Origin: Octopus vulgaris
Taxonomy: Eukaryota
DNA length: 64,000 nt
Direction of reading: 5' to 3'
Assembly (NCBI GenBank): GCA_951406725.2
Contig: OX597830.1
Span: forward strand, 30,442,001-30,506,000
The translations under genes and the position numbers were made by a program. Shown here in pieces: positions 12,262 through 24,240 of the stretch (position 1 is its first letter; every line of letters starts with the position of its first letter). The notes beneath the pieces are model-generated. The model did no database searches and had not been told where the DNA came from. It saw only the letters and a list, made by a program, of their open reading frames with translations.

Positions 12262-13444
12262 CAGAGGCATCTCCAAGTCTTCAGCGTCACTCGGGCTTAT
12301 CACAGATTTCGCATAAGACACATGCCTGCTCGAACAATTTCACGTTTTACCGCTTCATTTCTCACCCCAAAAGGCTTGTTTGTATACCAAACACTATGTC
12401 TTTCTCTATTTCTAGCGTAAGAGTAAAGATAAAACAACCCTGCAAAATACAACTGATCTTTGCATACAGATGCACAGACTAACAACAATCAAATAACGAC
12501 ACCGGATTGCAAAACAAACTTCAACGACCTGACTGTCGCCTGTACTCTTGACAAGAGATGCCATTTAGTCTTTTGCACCTACCAGGCTCATTCGTATCAG
12601 CCCGAGTTGCTGGATAATTTTTCATCCCTTGAAGAATATTGTAGAACGAAATCTTTTCATAGATTGGAATTTAAATTCTATTCTCTATAGAAATTTATTG
12701 TTCCAAGAAAATATTGAATTTGAATTACTTCTAATTTTTATGATTATACTAGCAGTATCGCCCGGCGTTGCTCGGGCTTGTAAGGGAAATAACTATATAA
12801 GCATTTTTAGAGAGTTATAGCCAAAAAATAGCAAAAAAAAATGCATTAAAAATGGAAAAAAAATTATGGTAAATTTTTTTTAAATCGTTGACTCATCGTA
12901 GACATTTTTAGAGAGTTACTTATATAATAGCGAAAAAATGCATTAAAATGGAAAAAATGATGGTAAATTTGTTTTTAAATCGTAGACTCATCGTAGACGC
13001 GCGCTAATACCCAGAAGGGCTCGATATGAATCACGATTATAAGATACCCAGTTTTGGTTAAACTGCACCGCAAAATGTGGGAGTAGTTAGGAATCTAATT
13101 CGTAGGAGACAGACACTCACACAACTTCACTTTTATATATAAAGATATAACGACTTCGGCTGTAACTTCTGTGCCCGAGTGAGGCGCATGTGAACGATGT
13201 CGAGAGAACGTCTGCTAGAAATGATATTTTTTGACACAGGGCACCTCTAAGGCGACTGTCAGACGCTGAACGAACATATATGAAATGCGACCAGGCTCAG
13301 ATAAAGGAGCCCGAGTTATTGGTTGCAATTACATACTTGAAGTCAGTGTTGGCAGAAATTAATTCAGATTGCAGATACACGTCCACTTTACTAAATTTGT
13401 ACTCAGGCTAAGCGCGAACAGCCCGAGTGCCGGATTCGCCACTG
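12262..13444. mobile_element. hAT-like non-autonomous DNA element interrupted by a Helitron
   Basis: Ends CAGAGGCATCTCC..CACTCGGGCT and AGCCCGAGTGCCGGATTCGCCACTG; repeated CCCGAG motifs; flanks atatatat/atatatgt. Confidence 0.5.
12749..13145 (-). mobile_element. Non-autonomous Helitron
   Basis: Minus strand A|TC...CCCGAGCAACGCCGGG hairpin...CTAG|T; homologous to 54021-54535. Confidence 0.85.
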
Positions 13445-13974
13445 ATATATGTGTGTGTGTGCGTGTAGGGGGTATACGTACACACATGAACAACCATTGC
13501 GCGTATGTTTGAGTGTGCGTGTGTCTAGACGATATTCACCAAACTCTATACATACTGGCTTAGATTAACCTGTATATTAGATGAAAAGAACTAATGAATA
13601 AGCAAGGCGCGAAAGAAGACAAATGGTGGCTCCCCGCTGTTGGGAGAACAATGGGAGGGAGGAAAGAGAGAGTGAAAGGGAATTAGAGAGACAGAGTGCG
13701 TAAATGAGAGAAAGAGAGAGCGAGATATATATATATATATATAGTGGGGGAGATTGAGCGTGCTGAAGGACAGAAGGAGAGGGCGTGCTGTGAGGAAGAT
13801 ACTTGCTATATGCAGAATAAGACACTGACCGCAAACAAACGAAATAGAAAAGTACATGCATGCAGACACACAGACACTGCCATTGCATTGCCTCCTGTAT
13901 ATAATGACTGCAGTGCATAAAATATTACCCTAATATATTTTACGTATATATGAATATATATATATATATATATA

Positions 13975-14364
13975 CTAGCAGTATCACCCGGTGTTGCTTG
14001 GGTTTGTTTCGACCCTTTAGAATTGGAATGTTTGAAGAGTAAAAATGTTGCATTATGCAGCTTGTTATTCTCTTCAAGTGAACATTTTTCCAGTTGAAAT
14101 ACACCGAAAAATGGTGACACAGCAGTCAAAAATCGTAAAAAACTAGGGATTTTCATAGAAAAAAAGCACCTTTTTGATGTAAATAATTTTTGGTGTTAAC
14201 ATGGTCCGATTTGAATTTTATCTTCTACAGAATGAAGAGCAAGCCTTTTTCTATCATTCTCTCAATTTTGGTCAACTTGCGCTGCAGGGTCTCGAAGGAG
14301 ATAGTATTAGTTGAAGGCTACCAAACCTGCCACACACAGACAACTTCAGCTTTACATATAGAGA
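13975..14364 (-). mobile_element. Non-autonomous Helitron (related ends, different interior)
   Basis: A|TC start, 3' CCCAAGCAACACCGGGTGATACTGCTAG|T. Confidence 0.8.
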
Positions 14365-14680
14365 TTTGCTGCACACTACTTTCCATCCTTAATAATGAAA
14401 CTTGGTAGATCCAAAAGTTAAACACAGAGACACACACACAGATACACACACAGACACACAAGTTGAGTTTTATATATATAGATTTCTCAACGGGGATTTC
14501 AGGGGAGAGTTTCAGGGAGTCGCTGGATGAATTTCGGAATAGAAATAGCGCAGTTCAATTTTCATTCGCCTAAACTTTAAGTGACCCATTTTTGTAGGTT
14601 CTACGATTTGTTGGCTAGGAGGAGATGTACCGGGAAGTTAAACACACAGACACACAAGTTGAGTTTTATATATATATATA
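14365..14680 (-). mobile_element. Two further Helitron 5'-end fragments in tandem
   Basis: aagttaaacaca..cagacacacaagttgagttttatatatata repeated at about 14415-14482 and 14635-14680. Confidence 0.55.
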
Positions 14681-14682
14681 TA

Positions 14683-15060
14683 TTGCTTCCCAATCACATG
14701 GTTCCAGGTTCAGTTCCACTACGCAACACCTTGGGTATGTGTTTTCTATTATAATCTTAGGACTTGTGTGTAGATTTGGGAGACGGAAACTGTAAGAAGC
14801 CCGTTGTATATATACATGTCTATATCTATGTCCGTGTATCTTTGTGTTTGCGTTTGTCTTTTATCACCGCTTGACAACCGATGTTGGTGTGTGTTTACGT
14901 CCCCGTAACCTAGCGGTTCGGCAAAAGAGACCGATAGAGTAAGTACTAGGCTTTAGAATGTCCCGGGTTGACTTGTTGGACTAAGGACCCGTCAAGGCGG
15001 TTCTCCAGTATGGCCACAGTCAAATGACTGAAGCAAGTAAAAGAATAGAAGGTAAAAGAA
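14683..15060 (+). mobile_element. SINE family A
   Basis: Matches family A head remnant, CORE-like block and tail. Confidence 0.9.
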
Positions 15061-15077
15061 TGTGGGGGGAACGTGGA

Positions 15078-15094
15078 TATACAGATAGACAGAC

Positions 15095-15151
<57 letters not shown>

Positions 15152-15171
15152 TATAGATAGATAGATAGATA

Positions 15172-15214
<43 letters not shown>

Positions 15215-15220
15215 AGATAG
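15078..15220. repeat. (GATA)n/(GATT)n microsatellite
   Basis: Direct observation. Confidence 0.95.
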
Positions 15221-15239
15221 GTTGTGTATTTATATGTAT

Positions 15240-15426
15240 GTCTTTGTGCTTGTCCCCCACCCTCAACGGGCTGAAAACCTGTTCGCGAAAGCGGTTCGGC
15301 GAAAGAAATCGATAGAATAAGTACTAGGCTTACAAAGAATAAGTCCTGAGGTCGTGTTGTTCTACTAAAGGCGGTGCACCAGCATGGGCGCAGTCAAATG
15401 ACTGAAACAAGTAAAAGAGTAAAAGA

Positions 15427-15429
<3 letters not shown>
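15240..15429 (+). mobile_element. SINE family A, 3' module
   Basis: gatagaataagtactaggcttacaaagaataagtcc...cagtcaaatgactgaaacaagtaaaagag. Confidence 0.85.
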
Positions 15430-15474
<45 letters not shown>

Positions 15475-15651
15475 CTTGTGTTGTATGTCTTGTACTCTGT
15501 CTTTTCGTTGTTTGAAAAAAAGTTCGTTTCCATGTTTTTGCTTTTATGTTTTCGTTTCTCATTGTGTTCAACGTCTTTTTTGATGTCCTCTACCCATATA
15601 TACATGTATATATGGATATAGATGTATATGTATATATGCATATATTTATAT

Positions 15652-15782
<131 letters not shown>

Positions 15783-15791
15783 TGACGTTCT

Positions 15792-15833
<42 letters not shown>

Positions 15834-16333
15834 AGAACTTCAAGTGTTTGTTTCTTTAGAATGCGAAAGAATTAGTGCTATTTTTAGGAAAAAATCTTGT
15901 TAAGTGTCTGTCTCACTGGCGCGAAAGATGACAGAGGGTACACATGTAGATCAAGTCAGGTGTGCTTATGAAATTATTTATAGTATTTTCACACATGTTG
16001 CAGTGACATTTGCTTGACGCATTATGACCGGGTTTTTTTTTCTTTACGTATTTATTGCTCGTTAATTTCGAATACCAACTCCTGATGATATAATTATGTG
16101 GCCTTATGCTAAGAAACTTTTACGTAAATTGTCATATGAGGATCAATTAAACAAGTGCAGAAACTATAAATAAATTTCACATTATGCACTCTCGAATTTG
16201 AGCATGACTATATTGTTTTTAACAATACGTTTGTCGATCATGTGATTTCGGATCCGGTTGCAGTGAAAGCCATGTCTCTTCCAATACATATAGACGCGTC
16301 TCAACTAAACAAATTTTGTGGACGAAGCCTGCT

Positions 16334-16408
<75 letters not shown>

Positions 16409-16841
16409 TACACACGCACAAAGAGTGGGAATCGTGGCAGACATGGAGGACTGCACCCATGATTCAAAGAATAATAGTGGCCAGAAAACAGAGACCAACC
16501 ATTTTGCTCTTGGTATATGCCGTTTCTTACGTATTACCATCACCAGCGTGCTTTCACTTCTATTTCTTGCTGAACAGAGAATACGTCCCTTACCTATATT
16601 AGCTTAACAACTCGGACCTTAGAAAGACGTTTACTCAAGATTGACTCAAATATTACTCTTCTTTCTCTACATTCCCTTCTCTGTTCGAGTGCTACTCGGA
16701 GAAATTCATAAGCCTTTTGTAACAGATGTACTTCATTGCACTTTTAAGCTCGTCAGCAAAACTTCTTATCAGCAAAGATACCATATAGACGAGAACAAAC
16801 TGTGTGTCCGTAATACAATTGTTTCTGTATAAGTATGCGAG

Positions 16842-16888
<47 letters not shown>

Positions 16889-17321
16889 CGTATAAATATA
16901 TATACATATATACGCAAACATACTCACGTACGTATAAATACATACACACATGTACGTATACGCCCATACGCACACACATATATATGTTTGTGTAAAAGCG
17001 TGTGTGTGTTTGTATGTGTGTGCGTGCGCGCGCGTGTGTGTGTACACATATGTAAACAAAATGTGTACTTTTCATTTACGTGTTTGATCGAACAAATATA
17101 CACTAACTGCAATACAATTAAAGTTGAGCTGCTCGGCTACTACTACTACTACTACTACTACTACAGCTACAACTACTACTGGTAGTGGTGGTGGTGGTGG
17201 TGATGATGATGTTGGTGGTGTTAGTGGCGTTGGCTGATAATGTTAGTGGTCGCTCTTTGTATTTCATTGTAAATTTGGCAGAGGTGTTGGTTATAATGAT
17301 GGCGACGACGACGACGACGAC

Positions 17322-17366
<45 letters not shown>

Positions 17367-18021
17367 GACAGCAATGGCAGTGATGATATGGGGAGGCGGC
17401 TGGGTGCAAGAAACATGCGCTAGACTATGGCGGGGGCCAGTTAGGTAGGATGGATGGTGCTGGCGGTGTTGAAGGCGGTGTTGGTAGCGAAAAGGCTGTG
17501 ACCAAATAAAAGGCAATGGTGAAAATAGGACTTTTGGTAAAGACAGGTGAAATATTTTGCTCTGTTTACCAATAAGTGACCTGGAAATTAGAGAACACTC
17601 AATTACTGTTTATAAACACCCTTTCGATAGTCAGAAGGAGGGCGGGATGAAGAAGATATGGAAGAGTGTTAAGGTGTATGAATAAGGGAGAAAAAGGCGA
17701 GAAATGTAGAGGAGATGAGAGTGGAGAGGGAGAATGGGCGTGTGTATTTGTATGTGTGTGTGTGTGAGAGAGAGAGAGAAAGAGAAAGAGAGTGTGAATT
17801 GTTGAGTGAGTGAGGAGTGCTTGTGTGAAGTAGAGGGTTGTGTAGGAAGGAAGGGATGTTACACAAAGCGAGATGAATAGCTAGATATACATGTGTCTGT
17901 GTGCACGTGTATGTGTGTGTGTGTGTGTGTGTGTTTATATGTATATGTATGTAATATCTATTTATCTGTCTTGTTCTTTCTCTTACGATTTCTTTCTTCC
18001 CTTCTCTCTGTCTGAATATAC

Positions 18022-18052
<31 letters not shown>

Positions 18053-18053
<1 letters not shown>

Positions 18054-18263
18054 TCTTTTATTCTTGTATTTGTTTCAGTCGTTTGACTGCGGCCATGTTG
18101 AAGCACCGCCCTTTTAGTCGAACAAATCGACCCCTGGACTTATTCTTTGTGAGCTTATAACTTAATTTATTGATATCTTTTGCCGAACCTCTACAATACG
18201 GGGACATAAACACACCAACATCGGCTGTCAAACGATGATGGGGGTACAGATACACACACAAAT

Positions 18264-18300
<37 letters not shown>

Positions 18301-18340
18301 CGACGGGCGTCTTTCAGTTTCCGTCTACCAAATCCACTCA
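18053..18340 (-). mobile_element. SINE family A, 5'-truncated
   Basis: Reverse complement of family A tail and central block. Confidence 0.85.
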
Positions 18341-18392
18341 AAAAGTTCTCTATCTATCTGTCTCTCTGTCTATCTATTTATCTGATAGATAA

Positions 18393-18951
18393 GTTTCTTT
18401 ATTGGCCACACAGGGCTGCACACAGGTGGGACAAGTTACAAGGTAGAGCTTTTCTTTTGGGGGATGAAAAAAACAAAAAACAAAAGAAACAAAAAAAAGA
18501 AAGAGGTGGCGTAGGTTTTCGATCAAAAGGGATCGTAAAAGGAAAAAAAGAACAAAAAAGGAAAAGAAAAAAGAAAAAAGGAAAAGGAACAAAAGAAAAG
18601 AAAAATGAAAAAAGAAGAAAAAAGAGGAAAAAAAGGGAAGAGAAAAAGAAAACGATCAATAGGGATCGTGTATCACGGTGTCATGATGTATGGTGTAAAC
18701 GGGAAAGCAAGTAAGGTTTATCCGTGGAAAGAAAAGCCTACGAAAAAGACCACGGTAACCTTGGTCAATATTGTTATATGTTACCACATTTTTTTTCAAG
18801 TGGGTAACGCTCTGTTTTCAATTTCTGGGTTCATAGGATTATGCTCAAGGTGGCTTCGTCATTCATACGTGCCATCCTTGCTACATAAACCCATCATTTT
18901 TAAAAACATTCGCTAGATAAAACTTGCCTCTCTACTCTCACTTTCCTTTTC

Positions 18952-18953
<2 letters not shown>
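18393..18953 (-). mobile_element. 3' end of an L1/Tx1-like LINE in a (TATC)n tract
   Basis: Decayed ORF end LKRKVRVERQVLSSECF*K*WVYVARMARMNDEATLSIIL* (F-x3-W motif typical of L1/Tx1 ORF2 ends); 3' UTR ends AATAAAGAAAC; TATC repeats on both sides. Confidence 0.6.

Positions 18954-18954
<1 letters not shown>

Positions 18955-19047
<93 letters not shown>
18955..19047. repeat. (GATA)n microsatellite
   Basis: Direct observation. Confidence 0.95.
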
Positions 19048-19285
19048 GGTGCTGTACTCTTTCACCATAAATTTCTCTCTGTTTTTTTTTCTGCTTCTGT
19101 TGTACCTGTATCTCGAAGGGACAGCCTTGACACATTCTATGTCTCGCTAAATCTTCTCAAGAACTACGTTGAGGGTACGCGTGTCTGCGGAGTGCTCAAC
19201 CACTTCCACGTTAATTTCACGAGCAGGCTGTTCCGTTGATCGAATACACTGGAACCCTCGTCGTCGTAACCGACGGAGTGCCACG
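19048..19285 (+). mobile_element. tRNA-derived SINE, 5'-truncated, tail T1
   Basis: Matches 50260-50490; ends gtcgtaaccgacggagtgcca. Confidence 0.85.
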
Positions 19286-19311
19286 TTATATATATATATA
19301 TATATATATAT

Positions 19312-19399
<88 letters not shown>

Positions 19400-19406
19400 T
19401 ATACAC

Positions 19407-19468
<62 letters not shown>

Positions 19469-20203
19469 ATATATATATATATATATATATACATATATAT
19501 AAGTTTTTATGAATGTATGCATATATGTATTACGTATGTGTACATACATGCATATATAACACGCAGGAGGAAGGGGAGGATGTTCTTCCTGTGGAGTTGA
19601 GCCCCTGTGGTGCAAAGGAGCTATGAGAGATGATTTATTCCTCTTTACAGCGAACGAGGGAGTCAGGATGACTCCTGTGAAAATATAGTCTGAACACAGA
19701 CAGGTGTTGTAGTCAATTACTGGTAGAGCGGAAATGGTGCAAGACCGGATTGCCCGGCGGTCAGCCAAACGGCGTACCGTTTGGCCGATTTACAGAGAAG
19801 GACAGAAAAGCAGGAGATGCAGTAAATAACGTTGCTATAAATGCAGGTTAAGGAGTCGGTGATATGATAGGGATGACAATAGGTGCCTGTGAGGATGGTG
19901 GCGTTATAGAAGTAGGTGCAAGTGTAGGAGCGTGAACGGGAGCAGAGGAACAAGCCAGGTTGGGAGGTAGGGTTAGGAAACAAACTGAGGACCAGGAGAT
20001 CACGCAGGTTGTGGGCTCGTTTGAAGGAAGGAGTGGGTAGGTTGAGAAGATGTGTATGGTAGAGGGGTCGGACTGGAGTCGCCAGAAAGTTCGGAAAATG
20101 ATACGTTGAAGGGGCAGAGTGGAGGGATGGTAAGTGAGCAGAAATGAGAAACGGTCAACGGCAAGGCGGGTGCGGAGAGAGAGAACGGAAAGTGCTCTGG
20201 CGA

Positions 20204-20411
20204 TATAGCTCTATATTTAAGAGATGAGTAGTTATGTACATTCTTTACAGTATTTACATTTGACGGATATTTGTCCTCATCTTGTTTGTTGTTAACAAAA
20301 CGTTTCGGCTGATATACCCTCCAGCCTTCATCAGGTGTCTTGGGGGCGGATTTCGAACGTTGTGTTAACAGCAAACAAGATGAGGACAAATATCCGTCAA
20401 ATGTAAATGAT
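20204..20411 (-). mobile_element. Hairpin pseudo-LTR mini-element inserted into the Penelope ORF with a 12-bp target duplication
   Basis: gtgctctggcga at 20192-20203 and 20412-20423; inverted arms about 20252-20304 and 20356-20408. Confidence 0.8.
20294..20340 (-). ncRNA. Minimal type I hammerhead ribozyme motif
   Basis: Minus strand GACAC-CUGAUGA-A-GGCUG(10 nt)CAGCC-GAAAC-GUU-UUGUU; the inverted arm preserves the fully pairing stem I strand GUGUU. Confidence 0.8.
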
Positions 20412-21320
20412 GTGCTCTGGCGAGGGCTGTGTAGATAGTAGTAACGTGATATCCACGAAGGATCAAGTGGCGAGCCATGAGTTGAGACAGAGTCTCAAAT
20501 TCATGGTTGTCATTGCAGAGCCCGCGCTGACGGATGAACTGAGAGTAGGGGATGGAGAGCTTGGTGTGGGTAGGGTAGGAGGAGGAGAAGTTGAGATATG
20601 AGTGCGAGTCAGTGTGTTCGTAGTGGATGGAGGTAGTGAGAGTGGAGTGGTATATGTTGACTGGAATGTCGAGAAATGCGATGGAAGTGTTGGAAACAGT
20701 GCAGGATGGAAGGATGGAAGGATCGGACAAAAGAGTGGAAGGAGTCTATTTGTACGCGGGAGAGCGAGGTCGCACCGATACAGTCATCAATATAACAACC
20801 GTATGGTTCGGGAGTGGGACCGGTGAATCGTGAGAATATTTGGGCTTCAACGTAACCAACGAACAGGTTCGCATAATTTGGGGTCTATTCTCGTTTCCGT
20901 GGTCACTCCAGGGTACTGTTGTTAACAAGAAATAAACCCGCGAACGAGAAGAACTTGAGTGAGAGAACAAGTTCAGCCAGACGAAGAAGTGTGAAGGTGT
21001 CCGGTTGTGGGGGTTGGGTCGAAGATCTAGGAAGTGTTAGAGTGCAAAAAGTCCTTCGTTGTGTGGAATCCCCGTATATATAGACTCTTGATATCAAGAG
21101 TGAATAGATGTTTAGAGGGACCAGGATAGGGAGGAAGGGAGGAAGGGAAGAAGGGCTTAGAATCTCAGCTAAATGAATCAGTCTAAAAGATTTACAAATT
21201 TCTATACAGATTAATCTCTGTTTCTCTCTCAGTATATGTCGGCTCAACTATGTGTCTATTAATGAATATATGTTTGCTCTCAACACTTTACTCTGTTTTT
21301 CTCTAAACGTATTTACTTCC

Positions 21321-21378
<58 letters not shown>

Positions 21379-21586
21379 TTTCTCTCCGTCCTTCTCTTTG
21401 TCTCTCAATATCTGTAGCTATGCATATGTGTATGCTTATGTATTTGATTATTTGTATAAGAGTATACGAGCATGTATATGATAAAATATATATATATAGG
21501 ATTGTGTGTTTACACACGCATACACATACACGCACAAATACACATATATATTATATTTATATTAATGTTTATAGACATATATATAA

Positions 21587-21653
<67 letters not shown>

Positions 21654-21728
21654 TGTATATATATATATATGTAGGTGTATATGCATGAAAGTACGTTTGT
21701 ATTGTATACTTGTATATATGTTTGCGTG

Positions 21729-21790
<62 letters not shown>

Positions 21791-22108
21791 TGTATATGTA
21801 TATCTGTGCTTATATATACCCGTACACACGTACACGTTTATAAATATTTAGTTAGGGTGTTGCCTTTATTTTTCCATTGCAATATTTAACTCACATTTCT
21901 CGCTGTTTGTCTTTGTCAATGTTAAGCTTGTTCTTTATGCGGTCGGTTGTAGAGGTGAATATAGCTTAATATTGTTTTTGTTGCTGCAGTTGTTGTCTTT
22001 TTATTTCTTTTCTTTTCTTTATTTGCTGTATAATTAATGTCCGTGCTTTGTGATCGTGATGTTGTAGTGTTAGTGGTGGTATTATAGCTGCTAATCAGCA
22101 TTGTTCGC

Positions 22109-22175
<67 letters not shown>

Positions 22176-22208
22176 ATATATATGTGTGTGTATAAATATA
22201 TATATGTG

Positions 22209-22241
<33 letters not shown>

Positions 22242-22389
22242 GTATATATGTATGTATGTATATACATGTGTGTATATATATATATATGTATATATATATA
22301 CATATGTATATATATACATATATATATATACATATATATACACATATCTATATATATATACATATATATATACATACATACATATATAT

Positions 22390-22432
<43 letters not shown>

Positions 22433-22435
<3 letters not shown>

Positions 22436-22843
22436 TCTTACTCTTTACTCTTTTACTTGTTTCAGTCATATGACTGCGGCCATGCTGAAGCACCGCCTTT
22501 AATCGAGTAACTCGACCCCGGGACTTATTCTTTTGTAAGCCCAGTACTTATTCTATCGGTCTCTTTTGCCGAACCACTAAGTAACGGGGACATAAACACA
22601 CCAGCATTGGTTGTCAAGCAATGCTAGGGGGACAAACACAGACACACAAACACACACGTATACATATATACATATATACATATATACGACAGGCTTCTTT
22701 CAGTTTCCGTCTACCAAATCCACTCACAAGGCATTGGTCGGCCCGGGGCTATAGCAGAAGACACTTGCCCAAGATGCCACGCAGTGGGACTGAACCCAGA
22801 ACCATATGGTTGGTTAGCAAGCTACTTACCACACAGCCACTCC

Positions 22844-22846
<3 letters not shown>
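22433..22846 (-). mobile_element. SINE family A, near full length
   Basis: Head, CORE-like block, internal repeat and tail all present. Confidence 0.92.
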
Positions 22847-22914
<68 letters not shown>

Positions 22915-22929
22915 AAAAAAAATATATGT

Positions 22930-23150
22930 AAACTACTTATACATAAATGACAATTTCTGTCTGTCGATCTGTTTGTTAACATCTTGCTGCCTACAACAGT
23001 GAGCCAATCTTGACGAAACTTTGCATCCTTGTTAAACTAACAACCAGTTCAATTATAGGCTAATTCGATTTCAATAAAAATCTATAATAGGTCTCCTGGT
23101 GGAGCTGGGCTAACACTTGATAAAATGAGAAGGGTGCAAAGAGATCTAGT
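22930..23150 (+). mobile_element. Degenerate Helitron-like element
   Basis: ctgtctgt..ctgtttgtt, gagccaatcttgacgaaactttg, cctggtggagctggg hairpin, CTAG|T end. Confidence 0.4.
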
Positions 23151-23534
23151 GTGAGTGAAATGTGATAGCATATTGTGTGTGGCTGATATCAAGGAAAGGG
23201 AGAACAGCGTTATGTAAAAGACAAATATGGAGTGTCAGTGGGTTTGTAACGTTAATACAGCTGTTTTTCACGGATATACACGCAACGCTGCATATATACT
23301 TTCGTAAATACATAGATACATGCATACACACAAACACACACACAGACACATGCTGCATGCACACACACACACACACATGCACATAGACATAAGTAACTTT
23401 TAAAACGCCGAGGAAGGGAAAGAAAGGTGGGTGTGAGGAATACGTAGCTATAAGGAGAAAAGGAGTAGGTATATATAATATTGACAGCTGTTGCAATGTT
23501 TTACCAAAAAAGGAAACTATAATTATCAATAGAT

Positions 23535-23838
23535 ATGACTAGGCTGTTAGAACATCTACATTGCTTGAAATAATGCTGTAGTTAAAGCACATAATTGTAT
23601 AACTATGTACTGACAGGGACCGTAATTGTCCGAAACCACCGGTCGAGAATTCTCTATACTGATCGGTCAGTTTCGACTAACTCCGTTGACTCGTCAGTAG
23701 GAACCGCTCGACCGGTGCTTTCGGGCGATTACGTTCCTTGTCATTACATATGTTTACAATTATGTGTTTTAACTATAGCATTGGAGCTTCTTAGCTCTTA
23801 TTTCTAGCAATGTAGGTCCTCTAACACCATAGTCATAT
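23535..23838. repeat. About 300-bp imperfect palindrome containing hammerhead-like motifs
   Basis: Arms about 23535-23648 and 23706-23838 align as reverse complements with mismatches and one indel. Confidence 0.8.
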
Positions 23839-23862
23839 TTAGTGGCAATTATATATATAATA

Positions 23863-23905
<43 letters not shown>

Positions 23906-24008
23906 GTTAATCCAAGCATCAGAACACAAAGGGAAAACACAACAACGAGAGGACGTCGAACAATTATAGTTTTATTGGACGCTCAGGAAAGGAAAGAAAG
24001 AAGGAGGA

Positions 24009-24043
24009 TTTAACGTTTCGAGCGGAGCTCTTCGTCAGTAAAA
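24009..24043 (-). ncRNA. Minimal hammerhead motif (family P1)
   Basis: CUGACGA-A-GAGC-UCC-GCUC-GAAAC-GUU; stem I imperfect in this copy. Confidence 0.65.
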
Positions 24044-24136
24044 GGAAAGATCCAAGGAAGGAAGACGGGGGAAAAATCCCCAACGATACACACGCGGTCA
24101 CATATTGAATGTGTGTGTGTGTGTGTGGATCTTTCC

Positions 24137-24171
24137 TTTTACTGACGAAGAGCTCCGCTCGAAACGTTAAA
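24137..24171 (+). ncRNA. Minimal hammerhead motif (family P1, inverted copy)
   Basis: CUGACGA-A-GAGC-UCC-GCUC-GAAAC-GUU; stem I imperfect. Confidence 0.65.
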
Positions 24172-24196
24172 TCCTCCTCTCTTAGTGTGCATGTAT

Positions 24197-24240
<44 letters not shown>

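Larger units (their letters stand above)
19560..21190 (-). mobile_element. Decayed Penelope-like element (RT plus GIY-YIG endonuclease, Neptune-like)
   Basis: FTLDIKSLY, NYANLFVGYVE, YIDD, FLDI..TDSHSYLNFSSSYP..KLSIPYSQF, KRAHNLRDLL, Cys-rich linker, NVIYCISC..IGQT.RRLADR, terminal PQGLN; frameshifts and stops. Confidence 0.9.
23902..24178 (-). mobile_element. About 200-bp hammerhead-bearing element (family P1) plus inverted partial copy
   Basis: Unit 23902-24102 (-) homologous to 40311-40460 and 62995-63180; inverted 53-bp copy at 24126-24178. Confidence 0.8.
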
